A stretch of DNA of 63,715 bases, filler included, from Pelomyxa schiedti (Eukaryota > Protista > Evosea): NCBI GenBank assembly GCA_020536535.1. It is 12 parts of 12 records of this genome, joined end to end, with 100 filler letters (N's around TTAATTAATTAA, not from the genome) between each part and the next. Parts side by side here need not be neighbours in the genome. Positions count along the whole stretch, not along the records: positions 1 to 30,611 come from JAHLWZ010000465.1; 11 more parts are not named here. One strand, given 5' to 3'. The notes beneath the pieces are model-generated. The model saw nothing but the letters and a program-made list of their open reading frames with translations. It did not search any database and was not told where the DNA came from. Within the stretch, counting starts at the first letter, position 1; the number at the start of each line of letters is the position of its first letter. Positions 12,540 through 24,223 of this stretch are shown one piece after another. A program made the position numbers and the translations under genes.

Positions 12540-15411
12540 ATGACGGACACAGACAACTTCGCGAGAGTGAACTTTCCACCATTGACGCCACTACAAAAGA
12601 GGCGAAAAAACAATCTTGTTGACAGATTTTTGGAGTTCTGGCGTAACGTAAACTTCACTAGGGGTACTGTACTTTTTGTAAAAAAAAAAACCACTTTTCC
12701 TGTTTAACACTTGGGCTAGGATACAGTCACCCATTTACTTGCAAAGAAGATGTTTCTGATCACCTAAAAATTGCTGCCGAAGCTGTGGTAAGACACTAGT
12801 ACTATTTTATATTATTTTAAAAAACCCAAACACAAAATGAAACATGTATTAGGTGCGAATTCGGGATGTTTTCATTTCTGGAGACCAAAGCCCACCTTTC
12901 AGAATTCCTGAGGGTGATGCATTAGAGTTCCTGTGGCGTGAAACACACTCACAACCTACCCCCATTGACCCTATTGACTTCACCAAAAGTAAACTTGCAC
13001 CCCTTTACCTTTTGTTTTTAACTTCTCTAGGGATAATTTATTCCACACTTCAGAACGACCCTGAATTACAACAAACTGGGGTCTCTAAGCCTGCCCTGGA
13101 GAATTTTATCTCTCAGTTCATCACCTGGAAAGCTGCCCACAAGGTTTGCTAGCGCCAACCCAAAGGAAACTAGACTAAGGCATCACAACTAGAAAGCACC
13201 ACGTGACAAACTAAATAAGTTCATTGCACGGCTTAGAGAGGCAGCAGCCCGATGCAACACGGTAGCTGATCTGATGGAGCGAAGTAAACTGCATCCTATT
13301 GCTGTTCTGGGCCCAGATAGCTGTAAAGTTAGAGATATGTCGCTGCAACTTAAATTGCTCATTCAGGATTTCGATTCCTTTGTAGTCCACATGTATGTGG
13401 TTTTTGTTTCTCTTTCCAACTACTTACTTCTACAATTGTAGGGAACAACAGGTGTGCCGTTTCTTCTTTATGTAGAACAATTGTTTGTTGTGGTTAATAA
13501 GTGGTGTGCAGGATGTCCTTCATGACTCTGGGGTGGTCAACACTGCTCAAATATTGGCCCCCCTTAAGCATGGCCTCCGCACTCCTCTGGAGGTCTTCAC
13601 ACAATGCGCAACACAACTCTTACAGCTTTCAATTAGGAGCCTACTTCCGAGCCGAGAGAACATGAAATGCCGAAAACACTACAATCCGAAACACCCCTGA
13701 CCACTGAAACCAAGCCAGAGGCGTCTATGGACATCGACAAACGACCTTCAGATATTCACAATGAAGTGTTAGTTGAACCTGAACCGAAGACAAATCCAGA
13801 AAAACCTGAGGCAGTCCTTGCATCAGACGTACATCAACCAGCAATAGAGAAGGCACCGGAACCAACTGTGACCCCTGCACAAACTGACACACACGTGGAA
13901 TCCCCAATCCAAACTGACGTACCGGTATCCCCGTCAGAGCCCAAAGTCAGTGAACCTGCGCCGAAAGGAGAGTTACCTGAGCCCAAAGTCGAGACCGAGA
14001 TAGCGGAGCCAACCCATCCAGACGTTTCTATGGCTGAAACACCAACACCAGTACCCACAACTCCAGCTGAGCCTTCACCTACTGAGGTGCCACCACGCAC
14101 TGATGTGAGATTTCCCTTATTTGTGGGGAGATGACAGTTAACTCCTTGCTAGACACCATCTTCTGCTTTCTTACTGGAGATAAAGAAGGTTGCTTCCAAC
14201 GTTGATACCCTCAAGCCACAAATCACGGAACTGCGTCAAAATTCCGATCTTCTCAATTTAAGGTGTGTTAAAAGGCATTAACAATCCTGATCCTAACTCG
14301 ATATTTTAGCGAACTGTCCAGGAACCCGCTGGAGGGAGTAAAGCAGGTAGAAAAATTACAGAAGAAGTCTCTGGAATACTCAGAATATCTAATGCGTGAT
14401 TTGCTTGCACTGGATGGCTTGCAGTCCACCGAGCAAACGCGTCCTTTAAGACGAGGTATCCTTATTCAGATTTTTCCTTCGTTCTTACACTTTGTAGAGC
14501 AAGTCATTTCAATTCAGAGGCTTATGAATGAAATGGTTGGTCTTTAACTTCGCACTTTTTGTATACTTAGAATAATAGGATGGCGTGAGTGAAAAATTGA
14601 GGGAGCTACGTTCTCAGCTCGAGAAAGAAGCAGAAGCCACCAAGAAGAAGCTTGAAGAAGAGCGACAACAGCAACAAGCTCAACAACCTCCTACAAATAA
14701 AACTCCCGCTGAAAACACTGCCACAACCGCAGCGTCTCTCCCGCCAACAGCATTCAAGTATGTCTCCTCTTTACTCTCTCCGTCTGATTAATGTCTAGAT
14801 GGGCTGAACTAAAATTGAAACCAAAAATGAATGTGAGGGAGGAACGTAACTCTTACTTGATTGTGTCTTCCATTCCGGGGCTCAAAAAGGAGGATATATC
14901 CCTTAGGTTTGTTCAATCTACCCAATGTTTGCACTTCTGAGGATTGTAGTCTCACGGAAGATGAATCGACTTTGGTTGTGGAAGGTGTGCGAGTACCAAC
15001 TCAAGAAGAAATTGCACAAATGGAAAAGTTCTGGGCTAGCAACAGGCCGCGGTACAACGTAATGAGTAAAGAAGCAGTAAGCGCCGTTTCGATTATCTTT
15101 ATCTCTTAACCCTTAACCACCCATCAGGCTCTCATGCACATCGGAGCAGGTAGATTCGGCAAGGTTTCTGACCCCGTCTGAGAATCTTTTCCTGTTGCTT
15201 ACCAACTCTACAGTTCTCTGAGCGATTTTCTCTCCCCGAGGACGTTGATATCAAAGGAATATCAGCATCATATGAAGGAGGAGTACTCAAGGTGGCCATA
15301 CCCAAAATTGTGCGGAGGCGGCCAGCAATGAGCCCATTCGGATTCTATCCTTCCAACTACGAACTTCCAGGAGCCGGCAATTTGTTTGGAGACAGGGACA
15401 TGTGGTGGTAA
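12540..15411 (+). CDS. BAG-domain + HSP20/alpha-crystallin-domain fusion co-chaperone
   Basis: BAG signature YSEYLMRDLLALDGLQSTEQTRPLRREQVISIQRLM; HSP20 signature MNVREERNSYLIVSSIPGLKKEDISL...TLVVEGVR...RFGKFSERFSLPEDVDIKGISASYEGGVLKVAIPK; P/E/T-rich linker at 13640-14100; ends DRDMWW*. Confidence 0.8.
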
Positions 15412-15577
15412 AAATACCATTTTACCACCAACTTGCTGGCAGCACACCTCACTCTTAACTGTTTTGTTTTAAATACACTTTTGTTTTGTAAAAAGGGGTT
15501 TTTTTTTCAGGAAGTGAGCCCAAGAAGTAACGAACAATTGGACTACAACAAGGTTTTTTCTATTTATTCACAACATA

Positions 15578-16102
15578 TCAATACGAAAACAATCGTGGGG
15601 GCAACGGTGGCGAGAAACTCAGAAGGCCAATTTCGGGAGACATCATACAAGGAATCCTAGGGGCGCCGTATGCAGGCAGAGAGTTACGAGAAAGAGGGGA
15701 GGTAGAAGGTGAAGGTGAGGAAGCAGAAGACGGTGACAGGGACAGGTAGACTGGTCCCGGCGATGTAGGAGAGTGGTGGAACTGCTGTTCTGGAGAAGCG
15801 AGGAAGTCGTTGTTCTTCACAGTGGGGTTTGTGGACCGCCGCGGCGGCGAGCACGCGGGACATGTGACACCCAGGGAAGAAGAGCACGAAGCGGAAGAGG
15901 CGCAGCAGCATGACGATGAGGAGTAGGAGGAGAGCGAGGGAGGGGTGTGTGAGTGGTCGTGATCACGGTCCGGAGTTGGTGATGAGAACAGGGGAAAACA
16001 GCTGGACAAGGCGTCCGAGTCGTGCATTTCAAACGGCATGGACATAGACTGATTGTTGGACGAAAAAATCAACCATAACTCCTCGTCTACTTCCGATGGC
16101 AC
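15578..16102 (-). CDS. Hypothetical Ser/Pro-rich protein
   Basis: 174-aa GC-rich low-complexity ORF followed upstream by AT-rich sequence; no domain. Confidence 0.3.
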   Translation of the reverse strand: MPSEVDEELWLIFSSNNQSMSMPFEMHDSDALSSCFPLFSSPTPDRDHDHSHTPPSLSSYSSSSCCCASSASCSSSLGVTCPACSPPRRSTNPTVKNNDFLASPEQQFHHSPTSPGPVYLSLSPSSASSPSPSTSPLSRNSLPAYGAPRIPCMMSPEIGLLSFSPPLPPRLFSY

Positions 16103-16541
16103 TTCTGTCCTGTATACAGTATATTCCTTTTGTTAGTCCTGTATTGTCCCTTTGCTACGTGATAGCGCAGGAAAAACAAAAAAAATAAAACAAAGGGGGA
16201 GAGGGTAAGGGGGATCAAAAACAAAGTAAAAGTGACGGTGACAAGGGGTGTGGAGACCCACCTTTGAAAACAAACCGGTCGAAGTGCTTTGGGGGCAAAT
16301 ATAGTGCGGTCGCTGCTATAACGCCTTAGGGAGAATAAGTAACGTAGTCAACATGAAATTGCACTCACTCGTACTCAACCATAGGTGACTAGCCCGTTAC
16401 AGTTAAGGATTTTAATGAAACAATTAAACAAACCCCGCAAATTAACCGGTGATTAATAAGCGGTTGCAATTGCAGAGGGATTTTTCTTACTTGCTTTTCG
16501 GAACGGAAAAGTCATAAATTGTTTTAAAAAATGAAAGTTTC

Positions 16542-18177
16542 CTAGTTTGCCATGCAGCTCTCCCAGTCTTCCCATTTGAGGTTGCCAATGGAACATACGG
16601 CTGCGTCGCGACATACGCTAAACGGAGCACACATGTCTCCAACCCAGGCAACACCCTTCCAGTGAGAAAGGTATCTGTCAACTAGAGTCTCGTTGGTCTG
16701 CATGTTCTGATAGAGCTGTAGCATGGAAGCACCACTAAGGTCTGGAATGTCGTACTCAGCGGTTGCACGGTATTCCTCAATCCACACACTTTCTGTTCGG
16801 AGGGTTACTACTTACTTTGGAACTACATTGCGTACCTTGTCGGAGGTTTGCGGCTACAAGGTCAAACTGGTATGAAATGTAGTCCAGCAGGGTGAATGGG
16901 GCAGTCTTTTCATACAAGAACAATCTTACTCGCGGGTTCGCGAGATCCCAGGGGGTAAGAGAACCAGCCACAAATCCCGTTGAAATCGTGCTTGGTTGGG
17001 ATTGATCGCCAAAGAGGCGGAGGAAATCCAGGTGGTCGTGACCTGTGTCAATCTTGTGAATTCATAAACTCCATTGGGTGAGGTACCCATGAAGTGTCCG
17101 ACAATGATAGAACTATAAGGAGTAATGGTGTTCACAAATAAGTCATTGTACACCTGTTCAGAAGAAAATGATTACCAAAATTGGCTTTGGGAAGGAAAAG
17201 TACGTTGTAGAATTGGCACAGCATCCCAGCATTGTAACCGGGGGGTATGTGATAAATCATAAGTACACGCTCTCCATTAGCTTTTGCTGTAGCCAGGATA
17301 CCATCAACCCATTCCATCATTCCAGCAGGATCTTGTAAAGATGAAATCATATCACGACAAATGAGATGATTGGTTACCGGAATGAATATTTGGATCGATG
17401 TAGTCATTTTCTGTGAAATACATTGCTGTGTTCAGAGCAACAAGGCGGAATCCAGTTGAAATGAGTTTTGTGTAGTAACCTCCTTGCTTGAAAGTTGCTT
17501 GCATGTTGCTATCCAAGAATGGACTCCAGGCAACCGCAGTCTCGTCGTATAACCAATATTCATAATCATACATCTACGAACTTAGGTCACTGCCCAGAAG
17601 AGGTGCAAGATGAAGTACCTGAAACTCGGGATGTGAATCATGGTTTCTTTGGCAGTGTTAGTCAAAAACCATCTAGTGTGGCAGAATACCCAAGAATCGG
17701 GAAAATTGTTATCCCAGGGAAATACTTTTGGAAGTAATAAGTAATATTATTTTGGTACTGAATAACTCCATTATCATCCATGTCCAAGGGTTCATGGGGA
17801 ACCTTATGATATGTTGGTTTTGGTGGAAAAGGGGGAATGAGACCATATCACCAGTGTATAGAATGAAATCTGGCTTTGGGAGCGTGTTTCGCATGAACTC
17901 GAAGGTATCAATCAAAGTCGTCTGAGGAAGATCGCAAGGTCCGTCAAGAGATCCCCAGTATCCGGCCGTGCCATTTCCAGAGATGCATTTGTGAACAACA
18001 CTAGCGCCTTCATAGTATTGAGGCTGGACGAAAACAAGAAGTTAACAACACCAAAAAAATAATCAGTTGTAAAGACACGAAAGATCTAACCTGGTAGTGT
18101 ATGTCCGTAAGATGCCAGAAGTACCCCTGTCCCAACACACAAACGACAAGTGACGCAAGCAGAACCGCTCCTCGCAT
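16542..18177 (-). CDS. SMPDL3: Acid sphingomyelinase-like phosphodiesterase (SMPDL3/ASM metallophosphoesterase), secreted
   Basis: Signal peptide MRGAVLLASLVVCVLG; GYFWHLTDIH; GYWGSLDGPCDLP; PDFILYTGD; PILGNHD-type motif; QGGYYTKLISTGFRLVALNT; IYHIPPG; LTPWDLANPRVRLFLY. Confidence 0.9.
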
Positions 18178-18402
18178 TCTGTTTCTTTACAAGAATAAGA
18201 AAATTGATTATTCGGATCTCTTTAACATTTTTCCGTTTCTTCTAGTTGCGCAGGGTTTCCAATTGTCCACCAAGGTGACATGTCGCTGATACATTGGCAT
18301 GTTGCACTCAAAAGTATTTAATGTAAACTTATAAAAAACCGAATGACCTGAGTACAGTCACAGGGTCTGGCGGCGAGATCTTCGAACCATCAAAGTCTGC
18401 TT

Positions 18403-20069
18403 ATGTGGGTGCACAAGTGCCTCTTTGTAGTTGTTTCTTGTCTTGCTGCCTTGGCGTCAACTTCCTACTCTTCTGGGAGGTAGGTGGATTTGTTATGGGC
18501 GGGCACTAACGGAAGGCAGTTGTGAGATCATCCCAGGGAGAAACGATGAGCCCAAGTCGCACCGCACGTGCTTATTTCACGATGTGTGCGTGAGAGGCGA
18601 CGAGTGGTTTTATTATCTCGACGATGGTTCAGACACGTCGTACAGAAGCAATTCTTTGGGTGATCCATCCTTAGTGCATACTGGGACTTATACATCTTCA
18701 AGTAGTTATGTTGCATTGACCCTCTTCCTGCTCACCTTCTCTGTTTAGCTCTGTTTTCCCTTAAAACGGTCCATGGACCTATTCCATCTGACGCAGTCTT
18801 TGTGGATACGCCATCTGTTGTGATTCACACTGTCAGTGAGATGTACTTCCACTTCTTACTGGACGATTTCTTTGGTGTTTGGTGGTTGATGTGGTATCAC
18901 AATCAAAAAAGTGATGCATTCCACGTCACAGTTTTCCAATACCCACTTCAATTAGGTCCTGGTCTCTTCTTCAACCGAGATGGTAGCCCCCGGAATGACG
19001 TGCAATTTTTAAGCGTGGCCCGAGCTAGCAGTCACAGCCACATGTTCAATGATGTTTTTTCCAATATTCCTATCAAAAAACCTGGAGACTACAGTTGTTC
19101 TCTGCTTAAACTGTACACTTCACCCTTTTCGTCTAACCTTGTCTCACGCAGAGCAACTGACTTGCTTCCATGATCTTGCAGTAGGACCTTCTGCGCATCA
19201 ATTAGGCGGTCCTGGAAGCAACAAAGTCACTAAACAAGATCTTCTCACTTTCAAAGAGTTCCTCTTTGTAAATTTCCATTTTCTTTCTACTCTTTCCTCT
19301 CACTGAGTACTGACTGTTTTAGAACCGGTTTGCATTACGAGGGTGTGAGAAAGATCCTTCTCATATCACTCTCGTCCAGAGAGAAAAATCACCTCGTTAT
19401 ATTCTTAACATTGATGAATTTGCTGCTGCTTTATCGGCTGAGTTACATTTCTTTGTCCTTAATAGCAATTTTATGTACCTCAAGAAATCCGACTTATAAA
19501 GTGGATATTGTCATTCTTGAGAAAATGTCCTTTCCAGATCAGCTTAAACAATTCTGCCAAAGTGCCGGCTTTGTGGCCATGCACGGAAGTGCAATGGGTA
19601 TGCTCCAGTCCCATTCCTTGGTTTCTCACCACTTACTTAGCCAATATCGTATTTCTCCCCCAAACTGCTCAAATCTTGGAACTCTTCCCCTATGGATTTG
19701 AAAGACCCACGTTCAAAGGAATTTCCTATAAAGTTATCCACTCCCTTTTTTCCCCTCATAGTAACGCCTTCTCAGATGAATATGAAGTACACAGAATGGA
19801 AGAATTCTGACAGATCTCGTACAGTCTTCCACCCGAACATTCTGAATGAGTTTACCTCTGATCAAGCAACCAAAAACCAAATCATGGAAGCCCCCGCTTA
19901 CAACGTCAAAATGCCCTGGGCAGGAAACATGTACTGGATAAACCAGTAAGCCTCTTCCTGCCCCATCCTCCTGTTTCCCTACTTAAAACTACCCAGGGAC
20001 ACCAACGTTGACCCAAAGGCTGCTAAATTGATGCATTTACAAAAGAGAACACCGCGTAAGGAATTGTAG
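18403..20069 (+). CDS. Glycosyltransferase family 61 (DUF563; EOGT/xylosyltransferase-like), secretory pathway
   Basis: Signal/anchor peptide; RTCLFHDVC; YFHFLLDDF; CFHDLAVG; RRYILNIDE-type segment; LEKMSFPDQL...FVAMHGSAMANIVFLP..AQILELFPYGF; YWINQDTNVD. Confidence 0.85.
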
Positions 20070-20133
20070 TCAAAAAAGAAAAAAATCACTTGGGGCAATG
20101 CTATCTTCTATTGTTTTCGATTTGTTTGGTTTT

Positions 20134-22736
20134 TCAGCTGGAATTAATGTATCCCTGGATGTTGAGTTGTAAAAACAGTGCGGTGTATCTAGTAGAATCA
20201 CAAGGAATAAGTAAATTCAGGGGTCCACGTTCCCCTGCCACAAGGTTGTTCAGTGATGTGTATGTGTGACTGTTGATAGTAAAGGCATCTGAGCTGGGCC
20301 TACGTGTGGAATTGTGAGGATGGTTTTGTGAATAAGCCTGTTAGTTAGTGCTGATTGGTGAAGTTCACACCTGTGGAGAATTCTTTGGTGGGCAATACTA
20401 CCAAAGGCAGAAACTTTGGAAATAGTGTATAAACCAAGTTCGCTGGTGCTGAATCGCACAAGAAACGCGCCCTCGGGTTTATTGATGAGTTGTAGCTCAG
20501 CATCAGTTGTGGTAATATCACCATGAAACCACCGGCAGAGCATGAGGGCTCTTATCTTAGTTTTTGTGTAAGGCGGTAGGGTGTTGGGCTATTTAGGGAA
20601 ATTTGGATCATGCACCTTTTCCAATAACGCAAAACCCTCCTCAAAACGCCCAAACCAGGCCAATATTTTGCCGAATTGCTCCATAGTACATAGGGCTTCG
20701 GTATCAGATGATCTATTAGATACAGGTTCTATAAGAAGTTAGGGGAAATACTGACTGGTCATGAGCTACCTATTAGAAGTTCACGTAGGCATCTTAATTG
20801 CACTTCATGCTCTCCCAATCTGCTTGGCTGATACATCAAAATATCATACAGATAAACTTGAGCGTCAAAAATTCTATGCGCAAGTCCAAATCTGTTGACG
20901 AAATCTTGCCAGGTAACCACTTCCTGATAGAGAAAGTGTTGTTTCCAGAAACCACGACCCCCAGGCTCTGGAATTGCTTCACACAAAATCTGGAGTATGT
21001 TTAGTCAGCCAGGTTTGGGTTTATCAAAGCTGGCTACAATTTCATCTAGTGTAGCCACTATAAGAGCAAAGTCGGGGCGCAGTGTTGGGTTGGGATGCCA
21101 GCAAGCCCTGTAACAGGTTAATAGGAAAACTGGGTGGAAGAACTTACTGAATGAGTGACGCGAACATTGTATTAGTATTAGTTGGAATTACAGGCCTGAC
21201 ATTATTCTTGCATATGTCAAAAGCAAAATCTGAATGAGAGGTAAGGATATCCTTTGTCATCTTATACTAACCCTGCAAATTTGTGTACCGAGCAAATAGT
21301 TCCTCACGGGTGAGAATTTGCCAAAGAATTAACCCAAAACTTTTGAAAGAAAAATTACTCCAAGTGACGTAAGTCAACATGTATACCTGTATACATCAGC
21401 TTTTTCGTTAAACTCCTCTCCAAGGAGTACTTCAGGGGCCATCCAAAGTGGTGTCTGGGTAAATCACTTACTGAAGAGCGATTGTTTATGAGGATTGTGT
21501 ACCCCTTTTGCTCCTTCTCGCCCGTCCAGTAGGTTTTGTCCTGCTGGCTTTATTTGGCTAAGCCCGAAATCACAAACCTAGTGAGAGTTAGTTGCATCTG
21601 AATGGAATTTTGCTTTATGTGCGGAACCTTGACATGGAGGTGTTCATCAATAAGAAGATTGGAACCTGGAAATTCTCATTAGCAACACAGGGAACGCCCA
21701 AGAAACCAACTTTTTAAATCTCTGTGAATGATGGCGGGCTTGGAGGAGTGCAGCCACAGCATGCCCAATGCGGCATCTTTCGCCATGTGAAGTCTAAGTA
21801 AGAGTGGGAGCTGAACTTTTGGGTCTAACAGTAAAGCTTCAAGATCTTGCTTTGGATGCATGACTGAGTCATACAAGGAATCTTCATTATTCAAACCTTA
21901 AGAAGTTCATTGCACATCATAAGTCTTCCAGGGATGGACGTGCATGCCCCCATGAATAAGCTCACGTTGGGGTGAAAGATCTTACTGAGAAAGGTTAGGC
22001 TTTTCTTTAGCTCCACGGGAAATCTATATGATGAAGAGAGGCATAACCAACCTCATTATTTCCACTTCTTTCCTAAAGGCCTCTAAGGTTGACTCATCAA
22101 ATTGTCTATTGAGGACTTTAACAGCTACATCTTTATGCCTATGAAAGGAAAGTAATTAGTGGGTTTACCACTTTTGTGACATAATGTACCTGCACTGCCC
22201 TTTATACACAATTCCAAATGAGCCTGTTCACGTGTTAATTTTTGTGCAATTGTGGCAATTGGATTTTTGTCCAAGGATTGCAGTGCAAAACGAGGTCGAG
22301 ACAGGCAGGGAACATGCATGCCAACTGCAATAACAAAAAAAACAAAAAAACCCCCTCCCCGAAGCACCAATACATCAACCAACACACACGCACCATCCGA
22401 TATTACACGCTCGAGTACAATTTCGCTGGGGTCGATCTCAGGTGGGCCAGTGGACATGGACACGCCCGAGGAGGAGGAGGAGGCCCCTCCCCCTCCGCCT
22501 CCCCCGCCGTCGGTCATCATCATGCCCCCCCCGCCGTGCTGCTGCTGGTGCTGCTGGTGTGGCGGGGGCGTGGCGTGGGCGGGGCTGCCGTGCTGCGGGG
22601 GCTGGTGTGCTGGTGGGTGCGCGTGGGGGGGCGTGCTCGTGGTCGTCGTGGTGGTGGTGGCTGTGGCGGTGGCGCCGGGCTGGGGGGACGTCGTGGCCGC
22701 TGAGAGCCTGCCGTAGGGCGACGGTGGTGGTTGCAT
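20134..22736 (-). CDS. shkA: Tyrosine-kinase-like kinase with C-terminal SH2 domain (Dictyostelium Shk-type)
   Basis: PPEIDPSEI, IFHPNVSLFMGACT, DAALGMLWLH...IIHRDLKSSNLL, VCDFGL, TPLWMAPEV, ADVYSFGLILWQI, CWHPNPTLRPDF; SH2 WFHGDI...GAFLVRFSTSELGLYTIS; stop TGA 20134-20136. Confidence 0.92.
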
Positions 22737-22999
22737 TTTCGTTTTGCTTTTGTTTTTCTATTTTTTGTTTTTTCGTTGGGGCTCGAAGGAACACAAATTG
22801 TTCTGCTTTCTATTTTTGATTGCCTCAGAGTGGTGTTGGCGATGAGTGCCCGGGTTGCGACGCTTGTGTTGGGAGTTTATGATTGATTGTGTTGTAGGGA
22901 GGTCACCGGGAGTGTTGAGGAACAACAACCACGGGAATCAGAAGAAATCTGCACATTTGATGTTTTTTGTTTTTTTTTTCATCGTGAACTTTGTTACCG

Positions 23000-24091
23000 A
23001 TGGCAACATCAAGTCCACAGCAGATGGCAACTTACGTAACACCAACTGCTCTGTTGACCTCCGCAGACCCACATTTACTGAGCAACGCGTCCGCAAGTGC
23101 ATCAGATGACCTCCCGGAGCTGTCACCCGAAACAGCCGCAGTGCTTCAGGAATTTCTGAACATGAGAGCTCAGCGCGCTATAGATATTAATTCCGGCGGT
23201 GGGTATTTAATTATGTTGATGTGTGCGCTGTCGGGGAATTATTTTTTCTGGGTTTCTTTGGTTGTAGGGCGTTCTTTGGTGGAATGGAATCGAGGAAGTT
23301 ATCTCACCTTCTGGTTTTTTTTTCCCCATTCTTGTTGTAGGAGTGGATTCTGTGGATTCTGCAATTGAATCTGTGGAAGAGGACTGGGAATTGAGCCAAT
23401 TTTGGGTTGACCACTTAATCCCATTCTGAATTTGACAATATCTAACTGGGCACAGTATGAGGAAGATACAGCTCAGTTTCTTGCTCAAACTGCGATAAAA
23501 TGCAGCCACGGAGGAAGAATCGCCTGCGTTTCCACTCCAACACTGTTTCGAACACTTCATGTAACTCCAAACATTCGATTGTAACCTCTCAAAAACTTCT
23601 GCAGAAAATGAACCACCCTCAACACCTTAACACACTTTTCGAGTATGATAGACGGTTTTCTTCCTATCGCAATCAATTTGTATTCTTTGGTTTGTAAACC
23701 CAATCTGAAACGGCTAAATCTAATATCCTACACAGATGTAAACAAGCCAAAAGCAATTCCAAAAAACCTCCATCACAAATTCTCCTTTGTGTGTGCGGAC
23801 CCTCCATTCCTCAACCCCACAATTGTAGCAAACACCATTCAGACAATGGCACTTTTGGCTAAAAGCTCCTCCACCCCTGTCCTATTACTTACTGGTACGT
23901 CCTTTCCTCATCCAATTATTTCTAGACCAAATTCTAACCCACTCTTAGGAGCAGTTCTCGAAGAATCCATCACCCAAATCACCAATGGCTCCCTCAAAAG
24001 ACAACCATTCACACCACGTCACTCTAGCGGCAGACTTCAGAACGAATTCGGTTCCTTTGCAAACTTCACTCTCACACCCATGAAGGGCTAA
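23000..24091 (+). CDS. EEF1AKMT1: EEF1A lysine methyltransferase 1 (N6AMT2/Efm5)
   Basis: LPELSPETAAVLQEF, EEDWELSQFWY, RIACVSTPTL, LFEYDRRF, ADPPFL, VLLLTG, FTPRH..RLQNEF. Confidence 0.9.
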
Positions 24092-24223
24092 CTTGAACAT
24101 CTTTTCTTTTCTGCACCTCGTTAGAAAAGCCAAAGCTATTTCTTTTTCAAAAAAAGGGAACAAAAAAGTACTTCAGTTGCCTGCGGCCAATTTCCGCTAG
24201 CGATTAAGCATTAAAGAAAAAAA

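Noticed and set aside
12038-12694. 218-aa minus-strand ORF
   Set aside because: Overlaps the ends of two well-supported plus-strand genes, starts at a non-ATG codon and has no protein-like motif.
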